Positions 27,898 to 32,000 of a stretch of 32,000 bases of DNA are shown piece after piece (the first letter of the stretch is position 1; every line of letters begins with the position of its first letter). The notes beneath the pieces are model-generated. The model searched no databases, had not been told where the DNA came from, and worked only from the letters and a program-made list of their open reading frames with translations. The DNA is from an uncultured Anaeromusa sp. GTDB lineage: Bacteria; Bacillota; Negativicutes; Anaeromusales; Anaeromusaceae. Both the position numbers and the translations under genes were made by a program. The stretch spans positions 1,495,520 to 1,527,519 of the forward strand of contig OY781460.1 in NCBI GenBank assembly GCA_963676855.1, given 5' to 3'.

Positions 27898-28057
27898 ACA
27901 GAGTAATAGAGGAAAACAGAAAGAAAAAGCATAAATTAGAGTGGCATCTGAATCCCTCCGCCGCTGCTGCGGCACCTCCCTTTAAGAAGGGAGTAAAGGG
28001 GGAAGGACCGCAGGTCCAGGGGGATGTGCGTCATTGCGAACGCAGCGCGGCAATCTC
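27898..28057. repeat. intergenic repeat element, family 2, copy D
   Basis: Starts acagagtaatagag. ttagagtggcat (C copy: ttatagcggcat), ggaccgcaggtccagggggat and cattgcgaacgcagcgcggcaatctc (28032-28057; 21/26 identical to 25825-25850). Confidence 0.65.
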
Positions 28058-28115
28058 CAAAAAACGGAATACAAGCCGTAATTTTTATTTTATACTATGG
28101 AATAATGGACCGTTA

Positions 28116-28150
28116 CCCTCATAACGTTCCCTCCATCTTCTTGTTCGTTA
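28116..28150. repeat. family-1 right-arm-like motif
   Basis: ccctcataacgttccctccatcttcttgttcgtta, aligns with the right ends of the elements at 21869-21911 and 29547-29589. Confidence 0.5.
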
Positions 28151-28179
28151 TCTATTTCCCCTAAGAGGAGGCGTGGCTC

Positions 28180-29388
28180 GTGGACGGTATTATTTTGATT
28201 TTAGTGCTGATTTTAATGGGCGGAGCCATTGCTTTTATTGGAGATCGCCTGGGATCAAAAGTCGGCAAGAAGAAGCTGACCTTGTTTGGTTTGCGCCCCA
28301 AGCATACCTCTACTATAGTAACGATTGTTACTGGGATTTTAATTGTTACGGCTACCTTTGGCATCTTGACGGCCGCGTCTCAGGATGTGCGTACGGCATT
28401 GTTCGGCATGGAAAAACTAAAAGCGCAAATGGCGGAGCTGCAGAACGAAGCAAAGGTTAGTCAGGAAGCTTCCGATAAGGCAAAAGCCAGTTTGGCGGAG
28501 AAAACTGCCGAGTTTGTTGCAATTAGCGATCAGGTAGAAAAAATGAACCAACGCTTAGCGGCGGTGCGACAAGAGTTGCAGCAGGCAGTAACTGAAAAAG
28601 AGCGGGCGGTAGAAGCGTTGACTGCTTCCCAAGGAGAAGTGAATCGCCTGCAAGGGCAGCAACAAGCGCTGGAAGGCAAAATACAAGATCTGAACCGTAA
28701 TAAAGAGCAGCTAGAAAGTGACTTGGCGGAGTTGCAGGAAATAGCCGCCAAATTGCAAACCGGCATTCGTGTGGTTCGCGAAGGCGCGATTGTTTTTCAG
28801 GCCGGGGAGGTGCTGGCTTCTCGTTCCGTGGATCCTCATGAATCTTCAGAACAGCTGCGCCAGGAACTGGAGACTTTTTTGCGTGAAACCAATACGCAGC
28901 TTTTGCAGCGCTTAAATATTGACAAAGACTTAGGCTTATTGGTAATCAGCCAACGTGAATTTGATACAACTTTTGACGAAATAAAAAAAGCTGACTCGCC
29001 GCGTATTCTGCGTGTCGTAGCGGCGGGAAACACTGTTTACGGCGAGCCTGTGTTTGGAGCTTTGCAATTGTACCCGAACCAACTAGTGTTTGCGAAAGGT
29101 ATTACTCTTTTGCAAGAAGAAATGCAGGCGATTTCAGAGGATTCCGGGGCTAATGAAGGAGCCATTATTCTTTTTTTGAAGCAAGTCAATGCTCTTTCCG
29201 TGCGCCAAGGGGTCTTGCCAGACCCGATCTCAGGCATGGTCGGGTCTCTGCCGGCGAATCACCTGTACGAAACAGCGGCGAAGATGAGCCGCCTCGGTGG
29301 ACGTGTGGAGCTTTCGGCGGTTACTGTAGAAGATGTTCATACCGCAGGCCCCGTTCGCATCGAACTGCGTGTCAGGGCTATAAAGTAA
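28180..29388 (+). CDS. DUF3084-like membrane-anchored coiled-coil protein
   Basis: Two N-terminal TM segments (ILILVLILMGGAIAFIGDRLGSKVGKKKLTLFGLRPKHTSTIVTIVTGILIVTATFGIL), coiled coil, then VVREGAIVFQAGEVLASRSV... GTG 28180 preceded by agaggagg. Confidence 0.85.
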   Translation: MDGIILILVLILMGGAIAFIGDRLGSKVGKKKLTLFGLRPKHTSTIVTIVTGILIVTATFGILTAASQDVRTALFGMEKLKAQMAELQNEAKVSQEASDKAKASLAEKTAEFVAISDQVEKMNQRLAAVRQELQQAVTEKERAVEALTASQGEVNRLQGQQQALEGKIQDLNRNKEQLESDLAELQEIAAKLQTGIRVVREGAIVFQAGEVLASRSVDPHESSEQLRQELETFLRETNTQLLQRLNIDKDLGLLVISQREFDTTFDEIKKADSPRILRVVAAGNTVYGEPVFGALQLYPNQLVFAKGITLLQEEMQAISEDSGANEGAIILFLKQVNALSVRQGVLPDPISGMVGSLPANHLYETAAKMSRLGGRVELSAVTVEDVHTAGPVRIELRVRAIK

Positions 29389-29416
29389 AACGAGAAGAAA
29401 AATAGGGAACACGAGG

Positions 29417-29589
29417 ATTGAACCAGAGAACCGGCGACGGGCGCTGGATGCGCCTAGGAGCGGTTGCGCCATGGAGGGCTTAGCAACCGATATCTGTTGG
29501 AGGGGACCGAAGAGGGCTACGTGAGTGTGTTTTTGATAAAATCGAACCCTCATGGATTCCCTCCGGTCACTCCAATTCTCTTGTTCGTT
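29417..29589. repeat. intergenic MITE-like element, family 1, copy B
   Basis: Left arm attgaaccagagaaccgg (29417-29434) and right arm ccaattctcttgttcgtt (29572-29589) are imperfect inverted repeats (13/18). Left core matches copy A with about 6 mismatches and one gap over 48 nt (by eye). Confidence 0.7.
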
Positions 29590-29618
29590 TTTATGTTCTT
29601 TTTCATGGAGGAGTAACG

Positions 29619-30041
29619 ATGATTGCAGCAGTGGATCCGGGGAGGGAAAAATGCGGCGTAGCCGTAGTGGCTATGGATGGCATTATCGTCAGACGGCTTG
29701 TAGTACCGACTCAGGATTTACACGAAGAAATAGCGTCAATTTTGGCTGACGGCAAGATTCAAGTGCTTCTTTGCGGCGATGGCACCGGCTCAGCGGCGCA
29801 GGGCGCCATACTGCAAGAATTGACACAGCTGCATAAGGTGCAGTTTTTAATAGTAGATGAAAAGCATACTACAGAAGAAGCGCACAAATTGTATTGGCAG
29901 CAGCAGCCGCCCCAAGGTTTGCGGCGTTTTCTGCCAACCACCATGCTGACTCCGCCTGTGCCGGTAGACGACTACGTAGCCGTTCTTTTAGCCTGGAAAT
30001 ATTTGAACATACCCTCCCTTTACTCTCATTACTCCTGTTAA
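29619..30041 (+). CDS. RNase H-fold RuvC/YqgF-like protein
   Basis: MIAAVDPGREKCGVAVVAMDGIIVRRLVV (YqgF/RuvC-like first strand with Asp), LLCGDGTGS, FLIVDEKHTTEEAHKLY, VDDYVAVLLAWKYL. SD ggaggag. C-terminus lies in repeat-like sequence. Confidence 0.75.
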   Translation: MIAAVDPGREKCGVAVVAMDGIIVRRLVVPTQDLHEEIASILADGKIQVLLCGDGTGSAAQGAILQELTQLHKVQFLIVDEKHTTEEAHKLYWQQQPPQGLRRFLPTTMLTPPVPVDDYVAVLLAWKYLNIPSLYSHYSC

Positions 30042-30131
30042 AAACCGTACCCGTAACCATCGTACGAACTATCCGATTCTCTCGTGACTCTTGTTCAATC
30101 CCTTGTTCTTTACTTTTCTTTTTCATTATGG

Positions 30132-30137
30132 TATACT
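30132..30137 (+). promoter_or_regulatory. possible extended -10 element (TGgTATACT) for the ompM-like gene
   Basis: tatggtatactacg. No convincing -35 by eye. It would give a leader of roughly 230 nt. Confidence 0.3.
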
Positions 30138-30168
30138 ACGTCTAGTTCTTGGACCACCCGGTCAAAGA

Positions 30169-30197
30169 CTGAAAAATATTTGAAAAAAGTTTTTCAG
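30169..30197 (+). promoter_or_regulatory. hairpin in the putative 5' leader of the ompM-like gene
   Basis: ctgaaaaa (30169-30176) pairs with tttttcag (30190-30197). Confidence 0.35.
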
Positions 30198-30376
30198 CTT
30201 TGCAGGAGTTTTGAATCCAAGAGCGAAATTAATAAGGCGTGACCGGATGGATACATATTTACTTAGAAGTAGAAAAAAGCTATTGAGGAAACGTGGATAC
30301 TCATGAGCTGTTTTCTCCGACTGGGTTTATGTATTTGTCTGTGCGCAAATACAAAATTCTTAGGAGGAATGAACAC

Positions 30377-31696
30377 ATGAAAAAACGTCTTGTAACTGCT
30401 CTTGCTCTCATGTTCGGCCTCGGCATCGGCGCTACCGCCTTTGCAGCTGCCAATCCTTTCGTCGATGTTCCGGCGAAACACTGGGCCTATGATGCTGTAA
30501 ACAAACTGGCTAAAGCCGGCATTGTTGACGGCTATGGCGACGGCACCTTCCGTGGCGATCGCACCATGACCCGTTATGAAATGGCTCAGATTGTTGCTAA
30601 AGCTATGGCTCGTAGCGACAAAGCTGATGCTGAAACCAAAGCTACCATCGACAAGCTGGCTACCGAGTTCAGCGCTGAGATCGAAAACCTCGGTGTTCGT
30701 GTTGCCAAATTGGAAAAGAAATCCGACAATGTCCGTTTTGATGGCAACTTGCGTGTTCGTTATATTGATGAAAAATTTAGTAGCACTGGATTTGGTGATG
30801 GTGGCAACAAAGTACAACAGGCCCGGTTCCGTTTAGGTGCTACCGCTGAAGTAAATGATGCTTGGACTGTGCGCGGCTTGTTCCAAGCGACTGCTGACTC
30901 TTCTGTTGGCGGTGATAATAACGATACGACGGCGAGAATGCCGGAAATGTATGCCAAAGGTAAACTGGGTCAAGTTGATCTCACGTTGGGCCGTTGGATG
31001 CAGACTTCTACTGGCGACGTAATTTTTGACGAAGATTCCATTGATGGTATTAAAATTGGTTTTGGTAACCAATTGAAAGCTAATGTTTATTACGGTAATC
31101 TTCACTATGATGAGTCCAGCGTTTCTAATAAAGATCGTGTATTAGGTACTGAATTGAATTGGGCTGCTAATAAGAACTTCAACATGTGGGGGAGCTTTAA
31201 TCAGATCAAGAGCCGCAATGATGCGGGAAGCGTCATGATGAATAGCGGGAAAAACTTCACTGGCAAAAACAGCATCAATCTTTATGAAATCGGTGCTTCC
31301 TACAAGTTTACTCCTGATTGGAAATTGACTGGTATTTTCAACAAGTCCAATGCTGACTTCCAAAGTAGCGGTTATAAAGCTGAAGTTCAATACAAAGCTA
31401 TTGACTTGAACAAAGCAGGTACTTGGCAAGTGGCAGCTGGCTACATGAAGACCGGCGTTAATTCCGTATATGATACGGGTAGCTGGGTTGGAAGAATTAA
31501 TTACTCTGCATTAAATGCTCTTCCAGGAACTAGCCTTGCTACTAATGGCTATGATGGTGCCAAAGGTTGGTATTTCGACGGTGCATATGTGCCGGCTAAA
31601 AACATCAAGTTGCGCACCATTTACGGCGATTTTAAAGGCGTTGATTCTGCTGCAAAAGACAGATACTATCGCGCCCAAGTTGAATTCTTCTTCTAA
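30377..31696 (+). CDS. OmpM-like outer-membrane porin with N-terminal SLH domain
   Basis: Signal peptide; SLH domain NPFVDVPAKHWAYDAVNKLAKAGIVDGYGDGTFRGDRTMTRYEMAQIVAKAM; coiled linker; beta-barrel ending in YYRAQVEFFF. SD taggagg. Confidence 0.93.
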   Translation: MKKRLVTALALMFGLGIGATAFAAANPFVDVPAKHWAYDAVNKLAKAGIVDGYGDGTFRGDRTMTRYEMAQIVAKAMARSDKADAETKATIDKLATEFSAEIENLGVRVAKLEKKSDNVRFDGNLRVRYIDEKFSSTGFGDGGNKVQQARFRLGATAEVNDAWTVRGLFQATADSSVGGDNNDTTARMPEMYAKGKLGQVDLTLGRWMQTSTGDVIFDEDSIDGIKIGFGNQLKANVYYGNLHYDESSVSNKDRVLGTELNWAANKNFNMWGSFNQIKSRNDAGSVMMNSGKNFTGKNSINLYEIGASYKFTPDWKLTGIFNKSNADFQSSGYKAEVQYKAIDLNKAGTWQVAAGYMKTGVNSVYDTGSWVGRINYSALNALPGTSLATNGYDGAKGWYFDGAYVPAKNIKLRTIYGDFKGVDSAAKDRYYRAQVEFFF

Positions 31697-31712
31697 ATCG
31701 AGGAATAATGGC

Positions 31713-31750
31713 AAAGAAGCCCTGCTAATGCAGGGCTTCTTTTTCTTTAC
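31713..31750 (+). terminator. intrinsic terminator after the ompM-like gene
   Basis: Perfect 13-bp stem aaagaagccctgc / gcagggcttcttt with TAAT loop, followed by a T-rich tract. Confidence 0.9.
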
Positions 31751-31907
31751 TTTTTTTTATAGGCATGATAAAATTCCATTTGCGTCTATTAGGATACAGA
31801 AATATCGTGCAGAAGTATAGGCAAGGGAACATGGAAACTTGCTTGGGAATAATGCGAACAAACTGTAGAATTTAGACGGATTGATTACATAGCAAGGAGA
31901 GAGATGA

Positions 31908-32000
31908 ATGAAAAAGAAACTTTTAATGGCGGCGCTCGCTACTATGATTGCTATGCCGGCAACTGCGGCTTTTGCTTCCCCGGTGCAGTTGGATGGGGAA
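31908..32000 (+). CDS. start of a secreted (probably outer-membrane) protein, 3'-truncated by window edge
   Basis: ATG 31908 after SD aaggagag. Translation MKKKLLMAALATMIAMPATAAFASPVQLDGE... is a clear signal peptide. Not listed in the ORF track. Confidence 0.65.
   Translation, partial: MKKKLLMAALATMIAMPATAAFASPVQLDGE

Noticed and set aside
29230-29553. 107-aa minus-strand ORF over the DUF3084 3' end and repeat element
   Set aside because: Antisense to coding sequence and repeat DNA, with no recognisable domain.
21742-29589. CRISPR array or tandem-repeat interpretation of the intergenic repeats
   Set aside because: Copies are dispersed, degenerate and in separate intergenic gaps, with no regular short repeat/spacer pattern and no cas genes.
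30293-30376. N-terminal extension of the OmpM-like ORF from GTG 30293
   Set aside because: The signal peptide clearly starts at MKKRLVTALALMFGLG (ATG 30377) with taggagg immediately upstream.
30263-30817. 184-aa minus-strand ORF antisense to the OmpM-like gene
   Set aside because: Entirely opposite the leader and highly conserved SLH region, with no SD or domain.

Overview
The window is a dense, almost entirely plus-strand outer-membrane and lipopolysaccharide biogenesis cluster. It is typical of a diderm Firmicute (Negativicutes, probably Sporomusaceae-like; this is inferred from gene content, no search was run). Gene order: tamB (5'-truncated), a sigma-70-family factor, a single-TM protein, bamA (3 POTRA repeats), an unknown envelope protein, three tandem OmpH/Skp-like genes (two with lipoboxes), lpxD, a small predicted outer-membrane protein, lpxL-like 1, lpxC, fabZ, lpxA, lpxI, lpxB, msbA, waaA, lpxK, kdsB, kdsA, kdsC, lpxL-like 2, lptC, lptA, lptB, a single lptF/G-type permease, a DUF3084-like protein, a RuvC/YqgF-like protein, an SLH-domain OmpM-like porin, and the start of another secreted protein. 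The overall cluster type is known. The less explained parts are the lineage-specific unknown genes, the embedded sigma factor, the three Skp-like paralogs, a possible antisense small gene before skp, and at least two families of degenerate intergenic repeats with inverted arms in the gaps. One repeat appears to form the C-terminus of a coding sequence. I found no CRISPR array, rRNA, tRNA or transposase.
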